Notes: generated from the sequence alone by a model not told the origin. A DNA stretch of 64,000 nt from an uncultured Gemmatimonadales bacterium (GCA_963821525.1 CAWGED010000014.1:81960-145959), one strand, 5' to 3'; shown: positions 1-10,165, counted from the first letter of the stretch. Numbers and translations are program-made.

Positions 1-491
1 ATGAACTCTTCCTCCTCGCGCGGGCCGAGGCCGGTGAAGCCCTGGCGCGCCCGGAGGCGGTTGAGCTGGACGCCGTCGCGATCGAAGCCGCCGATCTCAT
101 GCGGGGACGGGCCCATGCGCTGGGACGTAAGATCTCGCTGGGGCCGATGGCGAGCGTGGAGGTCCTGGGAGACGGTTCTCTGCTACGGGAAGCGGCAGTG
201 GAGCTGGTGGAAAATGCCTGCCGGCACGGCGCCGCGAGCGAGCCGGTGGACATTGCCGTGACCGAACACGACAGCACCGCCTGTCTGCGGGTTACGAGTG
301 CCGGTCCGCCGATCTCGGAAAACCTCCTCCATCGCGGATCCGAGGACGACTCGAGCCGGGGGATTGGTCTCTCAGTGGTTCGCTGGATTGCGACTGCCCA
401 CGGCGGAAAGCTGGACTATGTCCAGGAGGCCGGGCGCAATGTGATGGTGATGTGCCTGCCGCGTAGTCAGCCGCTAGCTGTTAGCCGTTAG
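1..491 (+). CDS. Sensor histidine kinase, C-terminal HATPase part (partial; frameshift near the 5' edge)
   Basis: N-box ELVENACRHG, G-box GIGLSVVRWIATAHGG. Confidence 0.8.
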   Translation, partial: ELFLLARAEAGEALARPEAVELDAVAIEAADLMRGRAHALGRKISLGPMASVEVLGDGSLLREAAVELVENACRHGAASEPVDIAVTEHDSTACLRVTSAGPPISENLLHRGSEDDSSRGIGLSVVRWIATAHGGKLDYVQEAGRNVMVMCLPRSQPLAVSR

Positions 492-609
492 CTGTTAGCT
501 GTTAGCCAAGGCCGTAAGCCATTAGCCCTAAGCCAGAAGCGCGAGAGCTTACGGCTTAGGGCTCCGTACTCGGTACTAACTAGGTACTCGGTACTAGGTA
601 CTAGGTACT
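472..609. repeat. Heptamer tandem repeats (GCTGTTA/GCCGTTA family, partly inverted, then GGTACTA/GGTACTC family)
   Basis: gctgttagccgttagctgttagctgttagcc... and ggtactcggtactaggtactaggtac, between convergent genes. Confidence 0.85.
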
Positions 610-1232
610 TCTTGAATCTTGTACACGACCGCCGCCAACGCCCCTCCCACGAACGGCCCCACCAGGTACAGCCACCAGCTCGCGAAGGACCCTCCGCCGA
701 GCAACGCGTGAACCACGGTTATGCCGGTTCCTACGGCGGGATTGAACGCGCCACCGGAAATGCCTCCGCCGGCAAACGCGGCGACCACGATGGTAAATCC
801 AATGGCCAGGCCGTAGAACGAATTGCCCTTCACGTCGGGATGGGTCGCGACGTTGAGCACGACGAGCGCCAGGGCGAAGGTGAAGAGAATCTCGACCAGG
901 AGTGCCGCCACCACGCTTGCGTTCGCCGAGGGGGCGATCGGGATCGTGCGTCCGAAGATCACCGAGGAGAGATACGCCGCAACGATTGCACCGAGCACCT
1001 GGGCCACCACGTAGGGGATGAAGTCCTTCCCCGGCATCTTCCCTCGGAGCAGCACCGCGAGGGACACCGCCGGGTTGTAGTGCCCGCCGGAAATGTGGCC
1101 TCCCATGTACACCATGACCATCAGCGAGCAACCGATCGCGAGCGGCGCCATGGGGACCTCGCCGGTCACGGTGAGGCAGACGGTGAACACGAGGAAGAAC
1201 GTGCCGATGAACTCCGTGACGAGATTGCGCAT
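594..1232 (-). CDS. MIP family channel (aquaporin)
   Basis: Two NPA motifs (SGGHYNPAVS, GGAFNPAVG), six hydrophobic helices. Confidence 0.93.
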   Translation of the reverse strand: MRNLVTEFIGTFFLVFTVCLTVTGEVPMAPLAIGCSLMVMVYMGGHISGGHYNPAVSLAVLLRGKMPGKDFIPYVVAQVLGAIVAAYLSSVIFGRTIPIAPSANASVVAALLVEILFTFALALVVLNVATHPDVKGNSFYGLAIGFTIVVAAFAGGGISGGAFNPAVGTGITVVHALLGGGSFASWWLYLVGPFVGGALAAVVYKIQEVPST

Positions 1233-1316
1233 GGTTGTCCTCGGTGGTCGGGGAACGGGAGGCAGCGCCGATAATCAGTGGGCCACGAGGGGATTTGGCA
1301 AGAGCGGGGAGGGGGA

Positions 1317-1398
1317 TGGTAATTGGTAATTGGTAATCGATAATTGGTAATTGGTCATTGCCAATTACAAATTGCAAATTATCAATTACCAATCACCT
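1317..1398. repeat. Palindromic heptamer repeat (GGTAATT)n ... (AATTACC/AATTGCA)n
   Basis: AT-rich tandem heptamers followed by their reverse complements, overlapping a stop codon. Confidence 0.85.
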
Positions 1399-1873
1399 TC
1401 TCTCCTTCTGATACGTCCCCATCAGCTCGCAGCTCACCACCACGTGACCTTCCATGCTGGCGAGCAGTTTGGCACGGCTCGGCTGGCCGAGGTCGGGTAA
1501 GACGAGGTCGAGGGCGAAGAGCCGGAAGTAGTAGCGATGCCGGCCGATCGGTGGGCAGGGCCCGCCATAGCCGGTTCGTTTCCAGTCGTTGGTTCCCTCG
1601 CGAGTTCCCTGAGGCAGATCGGCTGCCTTGGTTCCTTCCGCGCAGCGTGCCGTCACTCGCCGGGAGATTGTACAGCACCCAGTGGGTCCAGATCGTCTTG
1701 GGCGCAGCGGGATCGGGAGCGTCTGGATCGTCTACGATGAGAGCCAGGCTCCTGGTATCTCCGGGAACACCGCTCCAGGAGAGCGGCGGGCTGATGTTCT
1801 TGCCCTCGCAGGTGTATTGAGCGGGGATACTGCTCTGATTGGAAAAGGCCTTGGAAGTGAGGGTGAGAGACAT
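1393..1873 (-). CDS. YbhB/YbcL (PEBP) family protein, one frameshift near 1645
   Basis: NISPPLSW, DDPDAP, THWVLYNLP in one frame; GYGGPCPPIGRHRYYFRLFALD in the next. Confidence 0.9.
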
Positions 1874-1880
1874 AGTCCAA

Positions 1881-2264
1881 CTACTCGATCTTGAAATGGG
1901 GATTCTGGATCACGCCGAGGATATTGCCGAATGGGTCACGCACGGCACCGATCTTGATCTCGCCGCCGACGTCGGCCACCTTCTCGAAGTCGGTCGCCCC
2001 GAGTGAGATCAGCCTGCGATACGCGGCCTCGGCATCGGCGACGCCCCAGTATGCAATTCCTGCCTCGGGTCGTTCCTTCGGCGCATCGGCCTCGGGTGTG
2101 ATACCCAGCTCAAAGCCACCCACATTGAATCCGACATAGAAGGGCTCATCGAAGTACGGCTTGCTCTCCAGCACCTTCGAATACCACGCCTTCGCGGCGG
2201 CAATGTCAGGAGCGGAGTACTTGGCGGTACGGAGGCCCACGAAGGCGGTGTTGGACTGCGGCAT
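1881..2264 (-). CDS. VOC/glyoxalase family protein
   Basis: DIAAAKAWYSKVL...PYFDEPFYVGF...DPFGNILG. Confidence 0.88.
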   Translation of the reverse strand: MPQSNTAFVGLRTAKYSAPDIAAAKAWYSKVLESKPYFDEPFYVGFNVGGFELGITPEADAPKERPEAGIAYWGVADAEAAYRRLISLGATDFEKVADVGGEIKIGAVRDPFGNILGVIQNPHFKIE

Positions 2265-2287
2265 GGCGACTGCTCCTGCGAAAGCGG

Positions 2288-2704
2288 TCAATAGGTTGCC
2301 CAGACACCCGGTGTCGCCAGTTCCACCGAATGACCATCGGGGTCGCGAAAGTAAATGCTTTCTCCTCCTCGGCTCCAGCGCACTCGGCTCTCGATCGCGA
2401 TGCCATGCTCGGCGAGCGTCTTCTCCCACGCCGGAAGATCGTCCCGCCCGATCGCAAAGGCGACGTGAATCGGGCCGTGGCCATCATGGGGAGGGATCCA
2501 GCCTGAAGGTGTCTCCGCTCCGCTCGTGGTGGCGCCGCGATGAAAGAGCAGGAGGACGGTTCCTTGCCCCGCGTCGAGCGACACCAGCCTGCTCCCCTCG
2601 TCGAGCACTTTGAGTCCCATCAGTCCGGAATAGAATCGCTTCGCTCGCTCCAGGTCATCCGAATAGAGCGCGGTCTCCAGCACCCGAGTGAGGGCAGGGG
2701 GCAT
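2288..2704 (-). CDS. VOC/glyoxalase family protein
   Basis: LETALYSDDLERAKRFY, HVAFAI, SIYFRDPDGHSVEL. Confidence 0.9.
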   Translation of the reverse strand: MPPALTRVLETALYSDDLERAKRFYSGLMGLKVLDEGSRLVSLDAGQGTVLLLFHRGATTSGAETPSGWIPPHDGHGPIHVAFAIGRDDLPAWEKTLAEHGIAIESRVRWSRGGESIYFRDPDGHSVELATPGVWATY

Positions 2705-2716
2705 GGTTCGCTCGGC

Positions 2717-3346
2717 TCAGTAGGAATTCTCGCGAAGCTCCGCCACGGCAGTCTCCAGGTTCTGGCGCGCCTGCGTCTCGTATTTGCGGCGGAACGGGCC
2801 GGTCAGGTAGATCGCCGGCCGGGCGAGGAATCCTTCGAGGATCTGTAGCCGGGCCTCCCGGAAATCCGGTTCCGGTACCCAGGCATACTCCTGGCGGATC
2901 TGCCGGTCGTAGACCTGGAAGCGTTCGGGCGGCGCGCCGAGGATGGTGAGATCGATGTCTGCGACGAGGGCAGCATCACCCCGGATCGAACTGCTGTCGT
3001 GGCGGGTCGCGAGGATCAGGTCATTGATTCGGCTGGCAGAGGTAGGCGACCCACCGGATGATACCACGACCTCTCTCGCCCAACGCGCGCTCTCTTCTTC
3101 ATTGTCACTCGCGCGGGTGTCGTAGATCGCGTCGTGAAACCAGAGCGCCAGGAGCACCTCGGCCGGATACCGGGCCAGGCCATGCACCTCGTCGAATCGC
3201 CGGAAGCAGTCCTTCAGGTGCTCCACGTTGTGGTAAGCGCGGTGCGGCTCCGAGTAACGGCCAAGTAGCTCGGCCAGTACCCGGGGCTCGGGATTGCCGG
3301 AGCCCAGATTGAACCAGGCCCCCTTCCAGCGCTCCTCAAGTTCCAT
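2717..3346 (-). CDS. HD-superfamily metal-dependent phosphohydrolase
   Basis: YSEPHRAYHNVEH, ALWFHDAIYD, DIDLTILG, IRQEY. Confidence 0.88.
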   Translation of the reverse strand: MELEERWKGAWFNLGSGNPEPRVLAELLGRYSEPHRAYHNVEHLKDCFRRFDEVHGLARYPAEVLLALWFHDAIYDTRASDNEEESARWAREVVVSSGGSPTSASRINDLILATRHDSSSIRGDAALVADIDLTILGAPPERFQVYDRQIRQEYAWVPEPDFREARLQILEGFLARPAIYLTGPFRRKYETQARQNLETAVAELRENSY

Positions 3347-3935
3347 CTGAGGCTGCGGCCTCCGCCGCCTTCCGGCCGAAGACAATGTGGCCCGCCTTGC
3401 GGAACACCCAGAAGCAGAAAAGGATCGCCAGCGCCAGGCACACGAAGGGCAGCACGATCGCGAGAATGACGGTGCCGGTCGCACCGAAAAGCTCCACGGT
3501 GGACACGAGGGCGTTGGCGGCGCCTCCGGTCGCGGCGAGCGACTTCAGCCGGAGCAGTACGGTGGCACCCTGCAGCAACCCGGCTGCGCCCCCGCCTCCG
3601 ATCAGCGCCACACCCCACTTGAGGACTGGCGGAAGATCCACCATGACCGATGCGCTGGCGACCATGCCGGCCACGACCGCGGCTGGGGTCGCAATGGTAT
3701 CGAGGAGGTGATCGAACCAGGGGATGTAGTAGGCAGCGATCTCGAGCAGGGTCGCGGTGCCGAAGGCGATCGCGGCAGGTATTGTCCCGATCCACGCAAA
3801 GCCGGGCGATAGCGGGATGTGGCCGGTCAGCGCACCAAGGCTGATCGCGAAGAGCGGTACGAATACCCGGAAGCCGCATGCAGCAGCCAACCCCAGTCCC
3901 AATCCAACGCCGAGCAGAGGATCGATCGAACTCAT
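3336..3935 (-). CDS. DUF4126 family membrane protein
   Basis: GLAAACGFRVFVP, EIAAYYIPWFDHLLD. Confidence 0.85.
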   Translation of the reverse strand: MSSIDPLLGVGLGLGLAAACGFRVFVPLFAISLGALTGHIPLSPGFAWIGTIPAAIAFGTATLLEIAAYYIPWFDHLLDTIATPAAVVAGMVASASVMVDLPPVLKWGVALIGGGGAAGLLQGATVLLRLKSLAATGGAANALVSTVELFGATGTVILAIVLPFVCLALAILFCFWVFRKAGHIVFGRKAAEAAASDGT

Positions 3936-4417
3936 CAGTCGCAGGCTACTCGACGATAAGGGAATTCCGCACGCCGGCTGGCTCCGGATGCGACCCCGTC
4001 AATCCAGGCCACCAGCGAATCGGGGCCTCGGCGGACATACCCAACCCGCTGCGGAAAGTCGTGCTTGGGATCCTCGAAAATGACGGCCGTATCGGCGACC
4101 AGGCTCGACATGAAGGTGTTGGTCGCCTGACCTGCCGGATGCGCCTCATAAGCGAGGCGCCCGTCCTTCTCGGTGAGCAAGACCAGCTCGTAGTCGTGTA
4201 GCGTGTTGTCTCTGACGGTCCGGCCCACACCGATCATGCTCCCGCCCCTCGGGGCCATCCATCGCTCCTCTACGGTACGAGGGCCATTCGTGGCCTCCCA
4301 GCAGCCGGTGAGCCAGGAAACCTGATCCAGTCGTGGTGCCGCCTGGGCATGGATGTGTGGAGTCGGTAACAGTGCGACTGCCGCCGCCAACATTATCGGA
4401 CGCAAACCTTCAGGCAT
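3935..4417 (-). CDS. DUF6265-like secreted protein
   Basis: Signal peptide; WLTGCW...EERWMAPRGGSMIG, FEDPKHDFPQRVGY. Confidence 0.75.
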   Translation of the reverse strand: MPEGLRPIMLAAAVALLPTPHIHAQAAPRLDQVSWLTGCWEATNGPRTVEERWMAPRGGSMIGVGRTVRDNTLHDYELVLLTEKDGRLAYEAHPAGQATNTFMSSLVADTAVIFEDPKHDFPQRVGYVRRGPDSLVAWIDGVASGASRRAEFPYRRVACD

Positions 4418-4790
4418 GGGTGAACGCCTCTCGTTCAAAGTGGTTGTCGTGATAGGGATCGCGTCCTTGAAGGAGCGCTAAGCCGCTCGCAGCCAGGTAG
4501 GCGGGGATGAAGAACGGTCCCCAGCGCTCGTACTGGCGGACGTGAACCCGTTCGTGAGCTCTAGTCTTTTCCATCTCGGTTTGGCTGGTCGCCAGCACGA
4601 CATGGCCGAGGGTAATCGCCACGACGCCGGTCGCTGCGGGCAACCGGGGCAGAATGCCTGCCAGCGCGCCGCCCCACGCCTCGAGCACTCCGTCATGGAT
4701 CGCGACTTCGCCACCCGTGGTGCGGGCCAGAACCGCGCAGCCCACACCGAGGAGACTGTTGGGGCTGGTCCAGAGGTAGGCGAGTCGCAT
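4410..4790 (-). CDS. Conserved protein with HExxH (possible zinc metallopeptidase-like)
   Basis: AITLGHVVL, HERVHVRQYERWG, DNHFEREA. Confidence 0.75.
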   Translation of the reverse strand: MRLAYLWTSPNSLLGVGCAVLARTTGGEVAIHDGVLEAWGGALAGILPRLPAATGVVAITLGHVVLATSQTEMEKTRAHERVHVRQYERWGPFFIPAYLAASGLALLQGRDPYHDNHFEREAFTHA

Positions 4791-5416
4791 CAGAAGGGAA
4801 TCTCGGCCAGGATCCCCCACAGGGAGTTCCGGATATCCAACCCCTGTTCGGTGATGCTGCGGAGTCCGAGGGAATAGCGGGCCTCGATTCCCAGCACGCT
4901 GTTTCCTACCCCAAACTCGAATCCTCCACCTACCACCGCGGTGGCGTCTATGCTCGGCACGGATGAAGCGTCGCAGGCCTGACGCTGACCGCCCGCGGTT
5001 CCGATGGCCTGCACATCACAGCCGATCAGAAACGCCGCGGCAGGACCGCCGAATGCAAAGGGTCTGACATACTTGCCCAGGCGGGGTCCTCGAAACCGGG
5101 CCAGGATCGGCGTCTCCAGGTACACGAATTCAAAATCGAGCGTGCCGCCCCCGCCGGGGAGTGGCGCGGTCTCACCCCCTTTACGGGCGAAGAGCAGCTC
5201 GGGCTCGACCGCAAACCAGCTCGCTGCCGGAATCCGTACGAAGGCGCCGGCCAGAGTCGCCGCGCGACTGGTGAGACCTGCCGCGTCGCTGCCGGTGAGA
5301 CTTGCTCTGGAATAACCGATGATGGCGCCGAGCGACACGTTGCCGTGCTGCGCGGCACCCGGGGCAGGGAAGGCGATGACCAGCGCGGTGAGAATCTGGC
5401 TGGCGCGACGAATCAC
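4790..5416 (-). CDS. Outer-membrane beta-barrel (porin family) protein
   Basis: Signal peptide, VEPELLFARKGG, YLETPILARF, C-terminal Phe. Confidence 0.8.
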   Translation of the reverse strand: MIRRASQILTALVIAFPAPGAAQHGNVSLGAIIGYSRASLTGSDAAGLTSRAATLAGAFVRIPAASWFAVEPELLFARKGGETAPLPGGGGTLDFEFVYLETPILARFRGPRLGKYVRPFAFGGPAAAFLIGCDVQAIGTAGGQRQACDASSVPSIDATAVVGGGFEFGVGNSVLGIEARYSLGLRSITEQGLDIRNSLWGILAEIPF

Positions 5417-5802
5417 CCGCGCACCTCGCTCATGATCGCGAGGATGTTGTCCTCGCTGTCCTGGAAGAATGCCATCCACAGCTCGTGATCGGGGAGTTTC
5501 GCCACTTCATGCGGGTCGCTGGTGAATCGAACCCCGCGTTCCTCGAGTGCGCGATGGCTCGACCGGATGTCGTTCACTTTGAAATAGAGGATCGAGCTCG
5601 GGTGGGCGAAGGCCGGTTGCTCCGGAGCCGACAGCATCAGCCGGACGCTACCGCACTCGAGGAACCCCAGTTGTCCAGCCTGGAACAGAAACTTGAGCCC
5701 CAGCACGTCGCGGTAGAAAGCGATGGCCCGGGGAACGTCCCGCGCCGTCAGCGCGATTTGTCCGATCTGCAGGAGACCCGGTGAGCCGTCTGCGTCCATC
5801 AT
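5413..5802 (-). CDS. VOC/glyoxalase family protein
   Basis: IGQIALTARDVPRAIAFYRDVLG, MAFFQDSEDN. Confidence 0.9.
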   Translation of the reverse strand: MMDADGSPGLLQIGQIALTARDVPRAIAFYRDVLGLKFLFQAGQLGFLECGSVRLMLSAPEQPAFAHPSSILYFKVNDIRSSHRALEERGVRFTSDPHEVAKLPDHELWMAFFQDSEDNILAIMSEVRG

Positions 5803-5913
5803 GCCGCTCCTCAGGCGGGTTATGGCGCATTGTAGGTGTGGACGACCGGAATGTCGAGGAGGAGGTGAGCTCGGCTCTTGCGCGGGATGAGTCTGGAGGG
5901 ATAGCGTAGGGGC

Positions 5914-6330
5914 ATGCGTACCCCCATTCTCCTGCTCGCCGCGCTTCTCCTGCCTGCGGCCGCAACGGCCCAGGCCGATTCGGCAAAGGCCGATTCCGCG
6001 AGCTCAGCTTCCGCTCAGCCGCAAGCGCCGGCCGAAGCGTTCAGCTACACGTTCACCAATCCCGTCGAATTCATCCGCGTCCAGTTGAAGGGGGGCGTGA
6101 CCTACTCGGCGGAGCTCAACAACCCTGGTGTGGTCCTCAGCTTCAAGCCGCGGGACCCCGGAACCCAGAAGCCGGATATCCGGAAGGACATGATGGGGCC
6201 GCCCAGCGCGAGTGGCTCAATAACCTTTCTGGTCAAGCCGCGCGCGGACGGAGAGTACGAGATCCGGGTTCAGGGAATCCAGGCGGGTGCGGCGGTTACG
6301 CTCTCGATGAAGGCCAAAACTAAGAATTAG
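5914..6330 (+). CDS. Secreted hypothetical protein (beta-sandwich-like)
   Basis: Clear signal peptide, coding-like composition. Confidence 0.7.
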   Translation: MRTPILLLAALLLPAAATAQADSAKADSASSASAQPQAPAEAFSYTFTNPVEFIRVQLKGGVTYSAELNNPGVVLSFKPRDPGTQKPDIRKDMMGPPSASGSITFLVKPRADGEYEIRVQGIQAGAAVTLSMKAKTKN

Positions 6331-6865
6331 CGATCTCTCCCAGCCGTCGATCGAGCCGCTTCTCGTAACACATCACCGCGACCGCGGGGTGATCGGGAAG
6401 CGGCACTGGTATATAGGTGACGCCTCGGGCCTGAAACCCGGCCCTCTCATAGAACGCCCGGACTTTGGGGTCCACCAGGGTTGCGTCCAGCCGGATCCAC
6501 CGCCGTCCCCGCCGTCTCACCAGCTCCTCCATGTGGGTCAGGCACCACGCTCCGATTCCCTTGCTCTGCACCTTCTTCGTGATAGCGAACCGGTGGAGGT
6601 ACACCGCGGATCCTGAGGGCTCCTCCCACTGAATTGGGGCGTAATAGTCATCGGGAATGTCGCACAGTGAGAAGGTCCCGATGATCTCGCCGCCCTCGGT
6701 CACCACGAAGAGGCGTGCCGCCGTCGCGTCCGCCGCAATGGTTCCTGGTATGCTCGGCAACAACCAGTCAGGCACGCCATGGCGGTCGCGCATCTCGACG
6801 CCACAGGCGTTCAGGATGGCGACCGCCGCTCCCGCCTCCGACGGCTCCGCGAGGCGGATCTCCAC
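6320..6865 (-). CDS. GNAT acetyltransferase
   Basis: YLHRFAI...QSKGIG, IRLDA, AFYERAGF. Confidence 0.88.
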   Translation of the reverse strand: MEIRLAEPSEAGAAVAILNACGVEMRDRHGVPDWLLPSIPGTIAADATAARLFVVTEGGEIIGTFSLCDIPDDYYAPIQWEEPSGSAVYLHRFAITKKVQSKGIGAWCLTHMEELVRRRGRRWIRLDATLVDPKVRAFYERAGFQARGVTYIPVPLPDHPAVAVMCYEKRLDRRLGEIANS

Positions 6866-7299
6866 TACCGCACGTCGAATACGTAACTATTGAGCTGCGC
6901 GATTGTCGCCTGCTGCTCCGCGACCTGGAATGCCAGCACGTCCCCGCTGGTGATGACGCCGCACAGCCCATCGGGTCCCGTCACGGGCAGGTGCCGGATA
7001 CGGCGCGAAGTCATGATGCTGCCGCACTCCTCGATGCTGGTATCGAGGCTACAGGTGACCACGACCCGAGTCATGAGGTCGCCGACCTGGGTGCTGGCCG
7101 GGTCCCGCTCCTCTGCGACGACTCGGCGCATGATATCGCGCTCGGTGAAGATCCCCACCAGATGCCCGCCTTCCATTACGACAACTCCTCCGATACTGCG
7201 TTGATTCATGAGATGCGCGGCCTCCTGCACCGTGGTTGACGTCGGTACAGAGATTACCTCACGGCCTTTGCGCAGCAGGATGTCCCGAACACTTGGCAT
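6865..7299 (-). CDS. CBS domain pair protein
   Basis: LVGIFTERD, RIRHLPV, GVITSGD. Confidence 0.92.
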   Translation of the reverse strand: MPSVRDILLRKGREVISVPTSTTVQEAAHLMNQRSIGGVVVMEGGHLVGIFTERDIMRRVVAEERDPASTQVGDLMTRVVVTCSLDTSIEECGSIMTSRRIRHLPVTGPDGLCGVITSGDVLAFQVAEQQATIAQLNSYVFDVR

Positions 7300-7385
7300 G
7301 CGAGCCTCCTTGCAAGTCTCCCTATAGTCGGCTGCGGTACGGCGGGCCGCAAGATGAGGTGGGAGGTGGAGCGTGAGCTGGCAGT

Positions 7386-7472
7386 CGGGGTCGGTAGGGG
7401 TCAGGGGTCAGGGGTCAGGGTTATAGATCTGGGTCGCTGTTCCCTGACACCTGGCACCTGATACCTGACACC
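7386..7472. repeat. Palindromic heptamer repeat (GGGGTCA)n ... (CCTGACA)n
   Basis: Directly visible, just past the DinB stop. Confidence 0.8.
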
Positions 7473-7474
7473 TT

Positions 7475-7954
7475 CTAACGGTGGCTCCAGAGCCGCTTAA
7501 GCAACTGGATCTGCCCCGTGTGATACGCATCGTGCGCCAGCACCCCGGCGATCAGGTCGCCGTAGCTCCATTTCCGGATGGTGGGTGGCCGGCGATTCAG
7601 CCGTCCCTCAGGGAATCGGCGCAGGGCTTCGGCAAAGGCCTCGTGTTCCGCCTTGAGCAGCAAGCGATCGGCCGTCCAGGACCCTTCATCGAGATGATCG
7701 GGTGGGGCGGGCCAGTTGGAGGGTGAGCGGGGGAAGCCGGCCTCCGTGGTAGGATCCACGTGACGGCGCACTGCGTACTTCCAGTACGCAATGTGCAATG
7801 TGAGTTCCCAGATCGAGTGCAGTCTTGGAGCAGGCCGCCAATGCGCCTGCTTCGCACTGATACCGCGCACCGCGCCGACTGGAGTTACGCCACCATGCCA
7901 GGCGCGACCAGCCTTCGGAGCGATCGTGCGTGACAGCAGATCGACCTGTGCCAT
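7475..7954 (-). CDS. DinB family protein
   Basis: HSIWELTLHIAYW, HDAYHTGQI. Confidence 0.9.
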   Translation of the reverse strand: MAQVDLLSRTIAPKAGRAWHGGVTPVGAVRGISAKQAHWRPAPRLHSIWELTLHIAYWKYAVRRHVDPTTEAGFPRSPSNWPAPPDHLDEGSWTADRLLLKAEHEAFAEALRRFPEGRLNRRPPTIRKWSYGDLIAGVLAHDAYHTGQIQLLKRLWSHR

Positions 7955-7977
7955 GATGGATCAGGAATCAGATGGGC

Positions 7978-8301
7978 TTAGTGGATCTGGAACGCGTCCA
8001 CCCGCTTGGCCAGATCAGGCGGCTCGGTACGAAGCACCTTCCCGGTGAGACTTACGTAAATCACCGCCCGTTGCGCTCCCGGAATCACCGTGGGTCCGAA
8101 ACTGAAAATCCAGGCCGGCGGATTACCCTTGATCTGCTTCGCGCCGCGTAGAGCCAGTACCGTTTTCTGGGCGCCCATCTTGGGTGGCGGTGCGCCCAGC
8201 ATCGAGCCGACCGCGAAATAGGCCGCAGCCCATGAGGCACCGAGCAACAGGAGCAGCACAAAACCTGCATATATGGCAAGACGGAACAGACGACCACCCA
8301 T
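7978..8301 (-). CDS. Hypothetical membrane-anchored protein
   Basis: N-terminal TM helix, operon context. Confidence 0.55.
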   Translation of the reverse strand: MGGRLFRLAIYAGFVLLLLLGASWAAAYFAVGSMLGAPPPKMGAQKTVLALRGAKQIKGNPPAWIFSFGPTVIPGAQRAVIYVSLTGKVLRTEPPDLAKRVDAFQIH

Positions 8302-8410
8302 GAGGGCTCCCGGGGTACGAGTCAGATCTGCACGAAACAGTGCACTTCGATGGCGCCTGCTCGGCCTCGGGTCGTCCCGGTAGGTTAGAGGCGGAGAGCT
8401 GCGAGCGCGG

Positions 8411-8911
8411 TCAGCCGGGGGTAAGGCCGTGGCGAGCCAGCAGGGTGTCCACCGAGGCCAGGTCGAACTCGACTCCGTAGCCACGCGCCAGACCGGCAAG
8501 AGCGACGAGGTCCAGGCTGTTATGGTGTGTTGCGAGCGTGGCCAGCTCCTCGAAGAAGTGTTCGAATCCGCCCGGAGCTATCACTTCAAGAAACCGGACC
8601 GGTTCGCTGCCCGAATTCCAGAAGGCGTGGAAGACTCCCTTGGGCTTGTGAATGCAGCCTCCGGGACCGGCCAGCTCGATCTTGGTTCCCTGCTGCACGG
8701 TGAGGGTGCCTTCCAGCACGTAGGAAATCTCGTCCTCCCGCGAATGGCGATGCAGCGGAGCGCCGAGCAATCCGGGGCCCAGCGTGTGTTCCACGAGCGC
8801 GACGGACCCGCGACTCGCTTCGCTGAGGACTTTGAATGTCGTGCTGAAGGTACCCAGCGCAACGCGGCGCCCGGCACCCGGTGCCGTATAGGTGAGGAGC
8901 GACGGTCTCAT
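8411..8911 (-). CDS. Cupin domain protein
   Basis: PLHRHSREDEISYVLEG, PKGVFHAFWN. Confidence 0.9.
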   Translation of the reverse strand: MRPSLLTYTAPGAGRRVALGTFSTTFKVLSEASRGSVALVEHTLGPGLLGAPLHRHSREDEISYVLEGTLTVQQGTKIELAGPGGCIHKPKGVFHAFWNSGSEPVRFLEVIAPGGFEHFFEELATLATHHNSLDLVALAGLARGYGVEFDLASVDTLLARHGLTPG

Positions 8912-8963
8912 GAGCCCTCCTGCGTAATCAGCCTTCTCTACTAATGTGCCGTGCCAGGCGGGT

Positions 8964-9305
8964 CTACGCCACAGGCCCGCCCGGGGCCTGGTTTTTCCGG
9001 CCTTCTCGAATCTCGTAATGGGCCGAGCGCTGGTCGAACCGGAGCAGAAGCTCCCGGGCCTTGGGCGGTACGACCGCCACTTCGTAGTCCGCGCCGGCAA
9101 ACCCTTGTACTGCGTCGATCGAATCGAACCACATCAGGGTCACGAACTCCACCTCCTCGTCGCTCGGACGCCTGAGCAGCTCGATGCCGTGAAATCCCCG
9201 GAGGTTTCGTTCCACGATTCCCTGGAAAATCTCGCTGCGAAGCAATGCTTCGTAGGCGTCGGCGTTCGCCGGCGTGGTCCAGCCATGCCAGATGCGGCAG
9301 ATCAT
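8964..9305 (-). CDS. Antibiotic biosynthesis monooxygenase (ABM)-like protein
   Basis: MICRIWHGWT, FVTLMWFDSIDAVQGFAG. Confidence 0.85.
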   Translation of the reverse strand: MICRIWHGWTTPANADAYEALLRSEIFQGIVERNLRGFHGIELLRRPSDEEVEFVTLMWFDSIDAVQGFAGADYEVAVVPPKARELLLRFDQRSAHYEIREGRKNQAPGGPVA

Positions 9306-9889
9306 TTCGCCCTCCCCACTTCCGCCGCGCGTTTGATTCGACGCAGCATCACCTTACGGATCAGGCCGCTCGCGCCCCCGATGATGAACCAGTAGCGCTT
9401 GAAGGCTCTCCGACTCGCCTCGTCGTCACAGCGGACCCGTGTTTCGGTGGTGAGGCGAGTCGAGGCCCCCGCCGGGTCCAGCCGGAAACTCCAGACTCCC
9501 CGGGCCAGCTTAGGTGGTAGAGCCTCGAGAAAGGTGGCCGCCGAACTGGGCACCAGCTTGGCGGAAGGAGTCCAGAACCGTCCCGTCACGCCGAGCACCA
9601 GTTCCTCACCGGGAGACTCGGCCAGCAGCACGAATCCGTCGCCACCGAGAATGCCCCTTAGCCCTTCCACCTCTCGGTCCCGCCGGTGTTGCATCCGGCG
9701 CCTGGTGGCGCGCGGATGCAGGATCAGACCTGGCAGTGCCCGCAGGGTGAGCAGGGCGCGGATCAGCGGGGCGCGACGGAAGTCGGCTTCCCACAATGCA
9801 CGATAGACCGCCTCGGGTGAAGCCCGAACGGTGATATCGTAACTCGCGCTCACGTCGTAAACCGGCATCCAATGGTCGAGCAGGCTCAC
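9302..9889 (-). CDS. Conserved hypothetical protein (DUF2867/START-like)
   Basis: ELVLGVTGRFW, LTTETRV, FKRYW...SGLIR. Confidence 0.7.
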   Translation of the reverse strand: MSLLDHWMPVYDVSASYDITVRASPEAVYRALWEADFRRAPLIRALLTLRALPGLILHPRATRRRMQHRRDREVEGLRGILGGDGFVLLAESPGEELVLGVTGRFWTPSAKLVPSSAATFLEALPPKLARGVWSFRLDPAGASTRLTTETRVRCDDEASRRAFKRYWFIIGGASGLIRKVMLRRIKRAAEVGRAK

Positions 9890-9913
9890 TGGATAGACCG
9901 GTATGGTGTACGG

Positions 9914-10165
9914 CTACCCCTTCTTGACGAGCCGGACCAGATACAGAAGGAGCAACGCCCCGACCAGGGCGGTAATCAGCGCGCCGATAATTCCTCCCGC
10001 GGCGATGCCGAGGAGGCTGAACACCCACCCGCCGATGAAGGCGCCGAGAACACCGACAACCAGGTCCCCAACCAATCCAAACCCAGAACCTTTCATAATC
10101 TTTCCGGCCAGGAAACCGGCAAGGCACCCAATTACGAGGAAGAGGATCAGGCTCTGCGTGGTCAT
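9914..10165 (-). CDS. GlsB/YeaQ/YmgE (transglycosylase-associated) membrane protein
   Basis: IGCLAGFLAGKIMKG...VGVLGAFIGG. Confidence 0.9.
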   Translation of the reverse strand: MTTQSLILFLVIGCLAGFLAGKIMKGSGFGLVGDLVVGVLGAFIGGWVFSLLGIAAGGIIGALITALVGALLLLYLVRLVKKG